Numbered from the stretch's first letter, positions 26,306 through 39,347 are shown. The stretch: 45,415 bases of DNA from Basidiobolus ranarum (GCA_040143965.1 JASJQH010006901.1:1-45415), one strand, 5' to 3'. A program made the numbers and translations. The notes: generated by a model not told the origin, from the letters alone.

Positions 26306-27315
26306 GGAAATTAATATTCGATTCTTCTTTTGCTTTTTCATATCCTTGGTTATTCGTTCATAACGTCACCTTGGCATCCGTTCTCTTCACCAGATAAAGA
26401 CTAATATAGTAACGCAATTTAATACCATAGTTTACACTGTCTTCAAAGAATAAACCGCCACTTTCCTTATTCAAAATTTTACTCCTATATGTTTATCACG
26501 TTGCTCTCTATTTACTAGCAATAAAGTTCATGTTAATTGGTATACGTTTGCATAGGATATTAGAGTTTCAAGTAGTACATATGTTATAACAATAGTAACT
26601 GTAACCATAGCTGTAAGTACAAAAGTTTGGCTGAACATCGAAACTTACAAGTTGAATAGTATAAAGTAGAGGTCAATATAATAGTCAGTTTTAAGGTTTG
26701 GAGATGCAAAGAATTATTGGAAAAATAGAATTCAATAAATATCTATAATTGATGTGGAAAATCCAAGGAAATACCGATCGAGCCCGTTAACTTAGATCTG
26801 TCATTTATGGCAAACCATCGACCATATTCGACTCTTGTGCAAGGGTTGTGTCATATTTAAGCTTAAAGCCAGGAGTACAACCTATCATTCAACCATCTGC
26901 TTCCTAATATTCTAGATTTCAGACAACCCCAGTTCTCCTTCACGTTAACTGGTTTGCGGTGGGTATATAAATTGGTTGACTGCATATCGACCAAATGCCT
27001 CTGATCTTTATTATAAATCTATGTTTTCATAACTTAATCATTTTGATTAGCGTTTGGAGTAAATTAGGCAAACTTAGTTTCCTGAGTAACTAAGAAAAAC
27101 TTTTCCTTCCTTTCCCGACTAAACTTTGATGTTTTCCATTCGAATGGCATTATTCAATAAATTTCCTAATAGCTTCATTCTATTTCTCTAAACAGATATA
27201 ACACCATCAATACTCAGACAATAAGTACGACTTGCTCTTTGAAGTAGAAATCGCTTGTTATATATTCCTTTTGTCCTTCAAATAGATATATAATTTCCAT
27301 ATATTTAGTACGCAT

Positions 27316-28545
27316 ATGTCACTTTATCTTGGTCGTTTTTTTGTTTGTTCGTCAAGAGCAAGAATGGGGTTTTCTCGTTCTATTGTAAAGCATGTTCAGT
27401 ATTCAACTTTAAAATCTAGACAATCGCTTACTATTACTCTACTCGAACGGAAAAATTCCATTCAAGGTATTTCAGGTTTGAGGAACGTTAAAAGGGCCCT
27501 TCCATGTTTATCTGAAGTACGTCTTGTTGCTTTACATTCAACTATTCCACAAGAGGAAGAGAATACCCCAACCATTGCTGATAAAGCTGGTGTTAGATGG
27601 AAGCCCGTGCCTGAGTTAACTCTTGCTAAATTGCCCCAAATTTACAAGGAATTATCAAAAGCTAAGCTTGCTGCACTAGTAGCTTTAACTACAATGTGTG
27701 GATATGCTGTTGCTCCAGAGGCTGTCAATCTTACAACCATGTTTTGGACAACGATTGGTACTACACTCTGTATTAGTTCAGCAAACTCATTCAACCAGTG
27801 GGTGGAGATACCATATGATGCTCAAATGAGTAGAACTCGTAATAGAACTTTGGTTCGTCATGCCGCTTCGCCACTTCACGCGTTTGCCTTTGGGTCAGTT
27901 ACTGGTATATCGGGTGTAAGTATGTTGGCCTTTGGTGTAAGCCCGTTGGTTGCTGCATTAGGTGCGATAAATATTGGGCTTTATGCAGCTGTATATACGC
28001 CTCTTAAACGTATATCAATCGCAAATACCTGGGTGGGAGCGGTTGTGGGTGGAATACCACCCATGATGGGTTGGGCAGCTTGTACAAATGGTTTGGAACC
28101 CGGTGCTTGGTTGCTCGGATTTATCCTGTATGCGTGGCAATTTCCACATTTTAATTCGTTGAGTTGGAATTTGCGTGCAGATTATTCCAAAGCAGGTTTT
28201 AGAATGATGGCAGTAACCGATCCAGCACTTAATGCTCGTGTGTCCTTACGGTATAGTCTTGCGTTACTTCCGCTGTCCTGCATTGCACCCATGTTGGATG
28301 TCACTACTTGGTGGTTTGCCGCCGACTCTTTCCTGGTTAATGCATATCTTTTGCATGGAGCCTGGCGTTTTTGGAGGCATTCAGATGAGCAATCAGCCAG
28401 AAAATTGTTTTTTGGTTCCCTTGTTCATCTCCCACTCATTCTTGCCCTACTGATGGTTCACAAGAAAAGTAAAAAAGAGGAGCAGAAGAAGTTGCCTTAT
28501 GCTGACTTGAAAGACGCACAAATCATACGACGAGAATTAAGTTAA
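27316..28545 (+). CDS. COX10: Protoheme IX farnesyltransferase (heme O synthase), intronless
   Basis: UbiA-family motifs NQWVE..YDAQMSRTRNR, YTPLKR and WQFPHFNSLSW; basic N-terminal presequence. Confidence 0.96.
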   Translation: MSLYLGRFFVCSSRARMGFSRSIVKHVQYSTLKSRQSLTITLLERKNSIQGISGLRNVKRALPCLSEVRLVALHSTIPQEEENTPTIADKAGVRWKPVPELTLAKLPQIYKELSKAKLAALVALTTMCGYAVAPEAVNLTTMFWTTIGTTLCISSANSFNQWVEIPYDAQMSRTRNRTLVRHAASPLHAFAFGSVTGISGVSMLAFGVSPLVAALGAINIGLYAAVYTPLKRISIANTWVGAVVGGIPPMMGWAACTNGLEPGAWLLGFILYAWQFPHFNSLSWNLRADYSKAGFRMMAVTDPALNARVSLRYSLALLPLSCIAPMLDVTTWWFAADSFLVNAYLLHGAWRFWRHSDEQSARKLFFGSLVHLPLILALLMVHKKSKKEEQKKLPYADLKDAQIIRRELS

Positions 28546-29026
28546 AATTATTGGTTACTCTATCTCTGCATACTCTTCAGTTCGATATTTCCACATTCAA
28601 TGATACTCCACACCATGTACGTGCATATGTTTCCCAGCCTTTACTAGGCGGAGGAAGCTGGCTAAGCCATCAACGTCACAAAAGAAATTTACATGTCATC
28701 GTCAACAATAAACCATTCAACGTTCATACTGAAGTAGCTAGTGATGGTTTGATTTCCGATTGCTTTTTTGTTTGCTTGGCTAAATTAGGGACACAGTTAA
28801 CCATAGATCCATCCATAAATTAGGCACAGCAATCAATAGTTAATCAGAAATGGTTGTTCAATACAGTCGTAGTGTGATACTAGAATAACTTATTTTTTTT
28901 GATAAAAAAAAAGAAAAAAAATCACGAAAAAGTTTCCATTGAACTTCAAGTGAAGGCAAAGGTGCACAAACATAATATTAGTCAAATAGAAGCTAGTAGC
29001 GTTGAATTTTCCTACTCGAATTCAAG

Positions 29027-30697
29027 ATGGAAGAAGGCCCACAAATACAAGTTCGTTTCACTACCCGTCAAACCCAATATGCTGTAACTGACACACCGAT
29101 TGTGGTCCCAGCACGTCTCAAGAGATATGGACTCTCTGAGATTATCAACCATTTGTTAGGTCTCGGTAAGTGCATATCTCATTCATTAAAGGATTTCTCT
29201 TATCCTAGTACTTTCCTGTGTTTTTCACTTGCCACATCTTCCTTACTTAAATTGTTGTTTGTGTAGAGAAACCCAAACCTTTCGACTTTCTCATCGATGG
29301 GGAATTTCTTAGAACTAGTCTCACAGAATATTTGGTGGAGAAGAATCTATCCACTGTAAGTTATTATATTAGCAAGTACTCGGGGGATATAGTTTTCTGA
29401 ACATTGTTGAATCTAGGAAAATTTGATCACTATTGAATATGTCGAATCTATGCTGCCACCTTCACCATTGTCTGGATACAAACACGATGATTGGATTGGT
29501 GCCATTGACAAAGAATGCGAAGGGTATGTTAGAGTTGATCTTCCAACATGGTTACTTGGATTAACATGTTTGTTTCAAAACATAGTTTATTTTTGACTGG
29601 TTGTTACGACAACAAAGTCCGTGTCTGGAACAAATCTGGCGATTGTGTAGAGACCTTGGTTGGTCATGAAGGACCCATCAAAAGCGTAAAATGGCTCAGA
29701 TCCGAAGGTAAATGGAGCAATTATTGATGGTTTGAATGCACTTTTATTCACAAGCGGATGCTGTACCTTAGAAAACAACCTTAGGTTACTTTCTGGCTCC
29801 CATGACCAGACTGTTATGGCTTGGGAATACTCACCATCCGAGCAATCTTATGAGTTGCTTTATCAGTGTGTTGGCCATAAAGGCAGCATTGAGTCCATTG
29901 CCGCCCACGAATCTGGCGAGCATTTCTTAACAGCATCATGGGATGGCTCGATCAAATTCTGGAACACTGAGAAGGTAGATGAAGACAGCACTGCCAATGC
30001 AGTTCAAACCAACAACAAGAGAAGAAAGGCCACTAATGACAGCGATATCCCTACCAAGGTTGGTTTTTGATTGTCAATCAATGTACGGAATGATATATTA
30101 ACATTCTCTAGACTGCGACCCATTCCCTAGATGGCCACGTTGGCCCAGTTTCTTCAGTTATCTATAACCAATCCAACTACAACCAAGCTTTCAGTGGAGG
30201 ATGGGATCATTCCATTAGAATCTGGGACCTTGAATCTCGGGTCAACATCAATACTAAGGTAATTCACCATTCGAAGCGTTGTTATTCAAGGGCTTTACTG
30301 ATATTGTTATATGAACCAATAGAATTGCGAAAAGGTGGTGCTGGACGTTGATTACTCCGATAAATCAGGCCTCTTGGTTTCCGGACATTCAGATCGTTCC
30401 ATTCGTATCTGGGATCCTCGTTCTGACGATGCGGCCGTAGTGAAAATGACTCTTTCTTCTCACCAGAACTGGGTTTCTTCTGTTTCCTGGTCAGAGAGAA
30501 CACCATACATGCTTATCTCTGGCTCATACGATTCCAACATCAAAGTGTGGGATATCCGTAGCAGAGCACCCCTGTACACCATTTCTGGCTCTAGTCAGCC
30601 TGACCAAAAGGTGCTTGCCGTGGAGTGGTCTAATGATCTGATCCTGAGTGGTGGTGAAGATTGCACCTTCAAAATGCATTCAGCCAAGCTTGAATAG
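29027..30697 (+). CDS. YTM1: Ribosome biogenesis protein Ytm1/WDR12 (NLE + WD40), multi-exon
   Basis: Ubiquitin-like NLE domain QIQVRFTT..RYGLSEIINHLL..PKPFDFLIDGEFLRTSL; EYVES..HDDWI; several GH..WD repeats. Confidence 0.94.
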
Positions 30698-31092
30698 ACT
30701 TATGTTAAATAGATTTAGCTCAGTGGAAAGCTGCTTTTACTCTATCTGCTGTCTTTGCCCATTATTAGTACACATTATTATTACGCATTCTTAATACGTA
30801 TCCGGGGAAGGCTTTGTTACTTTGTAGGCTTTGTTACATATCTACATCTACACGTTTTGAGACCAAACAGATACGTCAAGATACGCAAAATTGAAGCCAA
30901 TTTAACCACAATAAAATCAACTATTTCCAACAAACCATTGTCTAGATCAATTTCATGAATGAATCGCATCTGATTGTTTACTTTATGTTATGATTTCTTA
31001 TTGTTTTACCATTGGATTCGCTACCTTCATCCCTTGTATTCTTATATTGTGAGCCTTGTATTCGGTAAACTCCGCCAGGAAGTCATTCAGAA

Positions 31093-32892
31093 ATGTATTA
31101 CGAGGATGAGTCTATAGACGAGCGTTATATGCGACCTAGTGCAGACGACAGTTTTACTGAAGAAAGGTTAGTAAGGTGATACCCAAGATACAATACCTCG
31201 TACTGACTTTTTTGAAGTTTTGTTGATGAACCGGCCTATCGCTGTGAATACATAAATGGTCAATTAGCTGCATATGGATTTCCTTCCAACCTGAACTTAC
31301 TTGAACCAGACAGAGAAAGTTCAAAGGAACTAGTCAATATTTTGTTTGTTTTGTTAAAGCAGAGACAGGTTAAAACTCACTTTCAATTTCTCACCTGAAG
31401 ACAAGTACTTAATGGTAGCGTTTCTTCATACTTTAGCAAGATGTTCAAATTCGAGATGACTTGGAAGAGAAAAACCGACGTTTACACGATGACTATGAAC
31501 GAGCGTCCTTTTTGTTGGTAGGTTCTATTTCTAAAGAGCACATATCCGCGTAGCTAGCTCGAACATATCTTATTTACTCAGGCAAAGGAAAAATCACGCC
31601 TTGAGGCCAGTGAACGCGAAATAGCAAGCACTAAAGCCAAATTGAGGTAACTTGCATAGTTCATGAAATTGTCGCGTGGTAACTCTGGGTCGTTAACTTC
31701 AATCTTAGTGTTTCCGAGAAGAATACTAAGGAGCAAATTGAAAAGTCTCGTAAATTGAATGAAGAACTCGTTAAAATGAAATCCAACTTACAATTGATCA
31801 AAACACAATATGCGGTTGGTTCTTCTAAAATCTCATCCTAGTACCATTATCTCTAACTAAATTTGGCTTGGAATGAAAACATCTAGCATGAGATACGTAA
31901 AAAGGATACTGAAAACATCAAATTAAAAGATCGAATTCAGAAAGGCAGCGTGGACAAGGCGAGTAAGAAGCCGCAAATAAAGTTATTGAATCCAATAGCT
32001 CCCGTGAAAAGTATCAGGCGCACCGCATCGTCCATTTCTGACGGTGGTAAGGTAAGAACTCTCAGAATGATGACCAGGCGAATGTGTATTAAATTCCTCC
32101 ATCCGTAATATAGCCGGCTGATCTCACCAAAGACACTTTGATAAAATACCAGGAGCGCGAAGAAAAAATTATCCATGAAAATGGACAGCTCAGAAATACG
32201 TTGTACATCATCCACCAAGAACTAGTCAAGATGCTGGAATCTGATTCGATTCAGGCCCTGGGTATGCAAGGAAACGAAAGTGAAGCTGCCAACACGGATA
32301 TTAAGCATGTAGGTCTAATCCGATCATCTCAGTTGTCCTCTTATTCTTAAATAACACTTTATGAAGGATCTCCGTCTAGAACACTTCCGGTTACCGTGTG
32401 AATTCATCGTAAACAATATTGACAATGAAACTAAGGCTCTTATTGAAGAATTGCATCTCATTCTCGAGATCATCTCATCTATGGACCTAGAGCCGAAGAC
32501 TCGCACTTCAAATGATGAAGCAGTAGCGGCATTACACACCAAACTCGGTATCCATTTATTAATCGAGCATTCTACCACTCTACCGTGAACTAAAATTCAA
32601 TATTTTATAGAAACGTATCGGTCGATCATTGCTGAACAACAGAAGTTACTCGAGCTTGCTCTGAACAAGCAAAGTGATGCGGTTGCTGTTAGAGAGTTGG
32701 AAAGGTAGGATATATCAACAAATACTTTGCAGAATTTGGTGGCTAAATGTTTATCCGGTTATTATCAACATTTCTAGTAAATTCAAGGAAAGTGCCATCG
32801 ATCTGATACCGTCAAAGGTCAACCTGTGCACACTTACTCCAGCGGAAAGCCCACAACTTAATAGCGATAAAAAGAATCTGACTGATCAATAA
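31093..32892 (+). CDS. Afadin/alpha-actinin-binding (ADIP/SSX2IP/Msd1-like) coiled-coil protein, multi-exon
   Basis: Spliced translation includes EYINGQLAAYGF, LVNILFVLLKQRQ|QD, KTQYA|HEIRKKD and YQEREEKIIHENGQLRNTL, a pattern typical of the ADIP domain. Some exon boundaries are uncertain. Confidence 0.75.
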
Positions 32893-33284
32893 GATCTAAT
32901 ACTAGAGTTATCCATCGTCTTTTCACTAGGTTCTTTGCTTTGTTTTGCATACATAATACACAAAACTGACACCAATAAACATGCCTGTATAAATCACTTC
33001 TGCATCAGATTCGCAGGGGAATTACCGATCTTTTGTCACTTAACTATAACAGCCACGCTAACAAGTCAGAAATAAAGGGAATCGCGTGCAGTAGTATATA
33101 GAATCGAATTGTATTCAAATTCGCGAAACTGCTAAAATCTTGTAAATGTAAATCATTGTTCATGAATCGGTATTTGCTTTGTAAATAATTGTTTAATTGC
33201 TTGAGCACAGTAAAAGAAAATATAGATAGGCTCATTCGGTGTTTTGACTAACAAAAAAAGGAAAGATTCATGAGCATATCAGAG

Positions 33285-36200
33285 TCAACGCATCGAAAGT
33301 CTTTCAATTTCTTCCACAGTCATCATTCTGCCTGACATATTATTTTGGGGCGGTCTGCGAGCTGAATCATAAGGAAGAGGTTGCCCACCTAATAACAATA
33401 AAACTTGTTGAATATCTTCAATCCAGATACCAATTGTATTAAGCTAATTCTTACCCATATATGGAGGAGGTCTCATTGGGAAGCCGCCCATGTTGTTCGG
33501 AAGAGGGGGCTCTCTCCCGGACATTCCAAACTGATCACGAGAAGAGTAAGGAGAAGAGGATGGGGGTATCATATATGAATTCTGTTGAAGATGAGGTAAA
33601 AACTGGTTATGATGGAGTGGCTGCTGGCGCAAATTAGGGTGTTGGTGTTGAAGGATGGGGCGTTGTTGCTGGCCGTTATTTAGCAGTTGATCAAAGAATG
33701 CCGGCGGCCTTTGTGCACCACCTAAACCGTAAGAACCAACGTGGTCTGGTCGGTATAATGGCGCTTTGTTCATGTTGTTGGTTGATGGAGACAAGCTTCT
33801 CAGGTTTGTAGGTTCTTCAAAGTGTAAACCAGACGATGGTGACTGGAACGGTATCATAGGAGAACTGCCCGACATTGGACCCAAGTTGTTTCCGGGATTG
33901 GTCATACCTGGTGCGGTGTAATGAGAGCGAGGGGCTTGTGACTGAAATTGACCACCTGGAGCTGGTGAAATTGGTGCAATTGGGGAATTCATCGAGGAGG
34001 ACTTTTGAATGGGTGAAAATGATCCAGGTTCATTTTTACTGCTCAATTGTCTATAGACGGAAGTGGGGATATTCCCTGCAAACAAAGCAGCGATGGACTT
34101 GGAAGAAGTAGCATTATTTCCAGGAGTAGGAAGTTCTGGTTTCTTCGTAGCCACAATCGAGGAGTCACTGAATGTAGATAGGTTAGGTGGATTGTGGGAT
34201 TTAGGAAGCTCACGAGGTGTGGTTTCTTTCTCATTAGTATTCATGGAATCACTGGGCGTCTGATGGTAAATTTTTAGTTGAAAGTCTAGGCATGAAATAT
34301 ATCATGAGGAATAGAAATACCTTGTTAGTGCTTAATCTTGCCATAATCATGTTGAATCCAGTTTTGTCTTCCGAATTGTTCTGAGACACTACTTTCTTGG
34401 GATGTGTGTTGACTCCTAACGTCTTCAAGATATCCGCTTCAGAACTCATTTTAGGTTTCTCGGGGGCATCACTAGAATCATAATGTTGCGCTGGGTTTGA
34501 CCTAAATTGAGATCGTTGTTGGCTTTGCGAGGGTTTGGCTCCGAGTTGCTTGAAAATATCTTCTTCTGTCATCATTCTTCCAGGAACATGGGACCCAGTA
34601 TTCATAGATGGTGGTTTGGATGATTGCATATTTTGTTGCGAACCAGAGTTGGTCACACCTAAAGTTCTCAAGACATCAGCCTCTGACAACATCTTTTTGT
34701 TTGTTTGGGCTGAACTAGATAGAACAGAAGTGGGTGCCAGGTTGTTTTGAGCTTGGCCAGCTTGGTTGCCCATCAAAAGTCGGCTCAACATAGCCGAGTC
34801 TTGTGATTTGACGGGCTCAACATAGCTACTCTCGTTGTTATTCTCCTTTTGGAAGAGTCTGAAGAACCGGGAAGAGCTTTGAGCACCCTCTCTTTCATTA
34901 TCGATGGAGGTTGGCTCTTCAGAATACTTGGGCTCAATTTCAGAAGCGTTCTGATGTTTGAAAGGAAAAGGTTTTTCCATATTTTTCCTTTCTTCGTGTT
35001 GCTGATTGAAGTTGAGACCGCCTGGACCAAATAGATAATCAATGTTACCTTGAACTGGTTCTTTTCTAGAATTCTCATCCTTGAACATAGCGGTTATATC
35101 GGTATTCACCGTATTCTGAGGTACTGAATCAGAAATAGAGCCTGTTGCTTTGGTATTTCGCCAGCCTTCAACTTGAGCTCCGTTTGGATTCATGCCTGAA
35201 TCTTGTGGCTTTTTGCGACTTTGATCGTTCTGTCTAGATTTCCAAGCTTGGATTTCGTCAACATAACCGGCTTCGTCAGGAGCGCTATAAGTGTTACTAG
35301 ATTGATTTTCGTTCTTCTCAGTTTCAGGGTCGTAATTCATCCATTCAGGCGTATCTTGCTTGCCTGTATAGCGATGATCATTGCTAATATCCAGTTTTTT
35401 CTCCAGCAACTGGTGAAAGTGTCTATTACGATCCGAGACATTTCCGTCTCTCCCACCTTTTATAAAAACCGTTGTTTAATTGCGGGCAATGCTTTCAAAT
35501 AGAATACGCGGGACTTACCAGATTTCCGATTTTGTCCAGAGTTTTGATTGTTACGATTGCGATTTCCTTGGGTCTCTCTTGAGGAGCCTCTTTCAAAATC
35601 ATCTCGAGTCTCACGTGGGCCTTTTCTACCAGTAGTATTTTCTCGCTCCTTGGAGTAGTTGCGCTCCCTTTCCATGCCTGTGTTAGAAGAACGTCTACCA
35701 TTGTGCTCGTTACGGTTATCATCCTTTAGCGTATGAAAAATTGTAATTAGGGAGAGTTCTTTAGATACTAGACAAGAAACAGCATACATTTCGACCACCT
35801 CTTCCATTTCCTATGTGGCGTGGAAGGTTGTAGGCATTCTTTGGATTCCGATTAGCAGCTTTTTCGGATGATTTTGCGTTAATCATAGTCTGTTTCTGAG
35901 AAGATGCAAAGCTCATCTTTGGGGGACCAAGTATAATGCTTTTTTCTAGTAAATGTGGAGGTATTGGACAAGTCAGCCAGAATACTATCATGTGGATATG
36001 TAGCTGAAATCTTACCTCCAGATTTGTTTGGAATCTCTTCAAGCTGTTTGTCTATGATTTCATCATATAGAAGTTAAATGTTATATGCTAACTAAAATAC
36101 AAGACCATCGTATACATCAACTTACCAACTTTCTTATCCTCTCCATTGTAAATTTTCCTAAATTTCCAAAATGTTACTATTGTCTGAGTCACTATAATGG

Positions 36201-36736
36201 TCTAAAAAATAACGATCAGCTTACTTTCTTTCAGCCTCAGGCTCTCTCTCACGATAGCTTGGCTCATAGTAAGAGTCACTACCATTAATATGGGAGTAAA
36301 TTAGTGGCAATTCAAGTGATTCGAAAAGTTGTATTTTAACTAACCCAATCCAAGTAGTTACGTCAGGGAAAATGTCAGGGCATTTAACCAAAGGGCTTTT
36401 GGAAAGTACAAGCAACTGTTCGACACTGTATTTAACCGAACGTTTCATCTTAGGGAAAGGCTTGATCTTCTCACTCACTGCTTCTGCTTTCTCATCTGGA
36501 AGTTTTTCTTCAGTATTACTTGATTCAACGTGCTTCGACTTCTTTGAAACTGGTCGCTTATTATTCATCATCGAAAGAACTTCCACTGGAGGTGAAGATG
36601 AAACGGAGGCGTTAAATTTCGTCTCCAAAGAGGACGAATCAGCATTTGAGCTAGCTGGATTTTTTTCAATTACCAGCCCAATTGCAGAGTTTAAAAGCTC
36701 GCTAATACTATTATTACCTTCGTCGATTGTTGCCAT
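33285..36736 (-). CDS. eIF4E-binding, 4E-T (EIF4ENIF1)-like intrinsically disordered protein, multi-exon
   Basis: YxxxxLL motif (YSVEQLL, 36430-36410), ILGPPKMSFASS, an R/E-rich region, TPEWM, SSRFFRLF, a P/Q-rich region and C-terminal MMTVEEIERLSMR*. The exons checked join in phase with GT-AG introns. Confidence 0.75.
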
Positions 36737-37727
36737 GATCACTAAACTATCAGGTAATAAAAAAAGTAAGTATAATGTTGGAGTATTGACGTATTTACTT
36801 ATTTGATAATGGCTACATCTATTTTAAATACTAGTATTTATAACTAAAGAACTTGGATACACATGGAGATTAAAATAGTCATTTGTATGTATGCAGAATG
36901 AACTCACTTGAAAACTGTTTGGAGAAAGGTACAAGACTCAATTGATCAGCTTCGAAAAGGTTTAACTATGTATAGGCGTGATAATACAATGGCAAAGTCG
37001 TGTGAAATCTTAGTATCTCGACAAAGAACTATCGAATTATTTAAGCAAGATGAATCGATTATCGCCCAAGAACTCTGAGATAAGACTGAGAAAACCAGAA
37101 CAGAAACAAGACGATTGGTGCAAAATAAGACAAAAGACAAAGTTTGCAAGTAATTTGGTGGTTCAAGAAAGAGTACCAGCAGGAAGTTGAGTATCTATCT
37201 ATCTACCGATAATATAGTAGGAAATTTCGTGGTTTCTCTTTTCCGAATAATAACTATCATATACGATCTCCCATTCTTCCTGCTTAACTAGTAGGAAATT
37301 CAGAAATTTATCGTTATTCTATATGTCAGAAATCATGTGATTTTAGCATAATATTATCCAATTTGTTTCCGAAACGAGAATGCAATAGTCAAACTGCGGC
37401 TATAGAAATAACTCTGGGTGAAGGAATCAGCAGTTAGAAATTAGAGCCGTTTGATACGAATCATGTGTAAACAACGATACTTATGCGATTGCTTGGATGA
37501 CTCAGATAAACTGAACTATTCTAACTAGCATATTAGATGACCTAGCATAGCTCAAAATTGGACCATCATAAAGCAAACAACGAATCTGGTCAAATCATTG
37601 TTACTATAAATGGTCACTCTATACCACTTTTGAAATCCAAATATATTTGCTTTATTTGATTCAACGAGTGCGTCTTTATTGTAACCAGCCACAAAATTTT
37701 CGTAGGGTATAGCAAATAATACGATGA

Positions 37728-39262
37728 TCAAGGACGAGCACTGACATCTGGATAAACATCGAAACGACGCTGAGTAGTGACAGGGATTCCCTGTCTTGCC
37801 TCCTTCATTTTGCTTAGGTCTGTGGAAAGGAATATTAGATTGTTTTCTCAATTTGAGAGTAACCTGCCACGTACCAATTGTTGCATAAACAATATCTTCC
37901 TCATGCTCAGTAGTAGCAATTACTTCGCCGCTATGTTAGAAATATGCTTGAGTTTCAAATGAATAAACATGAATGAAATGACATTATTTTATATACTTTG
38001 GATTAACCACGGTAGAATGTCCCCACGCCGTATATCCGGAAGAAGTGTCTCGGGCTGGTGAGCATGCAGCAATGTATATCTAGGTACAGCCTGGTCATTC
38101 TAACTGTATTCCAAGTAACATGAAAGGTTATCTTCTTCAAATACCTGATTGTCAATAGCCCTGCAAAATTATGTTAATAATGTCGAGTCTTAATGAATGT
38201 GATTCAATCAGTATACCTAGCGCGTTGAAGCAACTCCCAATGCAGTGGCCCAGTAGTCATGTTGAACGCTCCAGGATACAGCATGGCAATACATCCTATA
38301 CAATATTCAGCAGGTTGATCGCTCAGCTTGCAAATTATCCAATGACTTACCCTTACGAGCAGCTATCATGGCTAATTCGGGAAACCGTATGTCGTAGCAT
38401 ATTCCGACTCCAATTTTGCCATATTCTAAACTAATATCAATTCATAGCACTATCATCATAGACAATCAATATTCCTACCAGTCTCAAAATGGGTCATTGC
38501 ATTACCAGGACTCAATGTATCGCTTTCCTGAAGAGTGTTAATACAAGATATACTTGTAATGAAACAAAAGTTAACCTACTTGGAACCGAATCTTTCCTGG
38601 GATATCGATATCAAACAAGTGGATCTTACGATGCTTAGCTACCAACTCGCCTAGAAAAATTCAAATAAATTTCAAGAAGCATGTTGAAAACTCTCCGGAA
38701 AAATCAAATGCCTTTCGGATTGTAAACTGTGCAAGTGTTATAGAACTTATCGTCGTCAGATTTCTCCGGGATTGAACCTTATGAAGTGCTTGTGAGTTTA
38801 AGAAAAAGTGTCATGTATTGTCAAGTTATTCGGGCTTACCTCCAACTAGATAGACTTTGGCTTTCTAGACTTGTAATTAACACATCTGGTTCTAAAAAGG
38901 TGTGTTCAATTACACTTACTTGAGCTGCTTGTGATAAAACCTCGACAGATTCTCCAGGGATAGTTTCTGCATATTCGGGAAAGTGTTGAGCTCCATAAGG
39001 AGAATTGAAGCATTCCTATAGAATGGCTTCAGTTAAGAATACTAATTAAGGAAGAGAATGGGCTTACACGTACCGGTAAAACTACTACGTTGGCACCATT
39101 TCTTGCAGCCTCTAGCACACGGTCTCGTGCTATGGAAAGATTAGTTGCTTTGCAGGAACCTACTTTTTGTTGAACTAGTGCCAATTTAAATTCAGTTGGA
39201 CAGTTCAGACTATACTGACGTCTCGGGAATAGCTGTTTAAAGTTTGTAACTCGCCTTAACAT
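37728..39262 (-). CDS. NIT3: Carbon-nitrogen hydrolase, omega-amidase (yeast Nit3/human NIT2-like), multi-exon
   Basis: Catalytic E-K-C triad in [23 protein letters not shown] and ICYDIRFPE; also [17 protein letters not shown] and AWGHS. Stop at 37730-37728. Confidence 0.93.
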
Positions 39263-39347
39263 ATCAGATAGTCAATGTATAAGCGTACCGAGTATTTGTT
39301 GGCAACATCAAGCCACAAGAGTTTTATATGATATCCCAATGACTGGT

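Noticed and set aside
36372..36806. 144-aa + strand ORF
   Set aside because: Antisense shadow of the first coding exon of the 4E-T-like gene.
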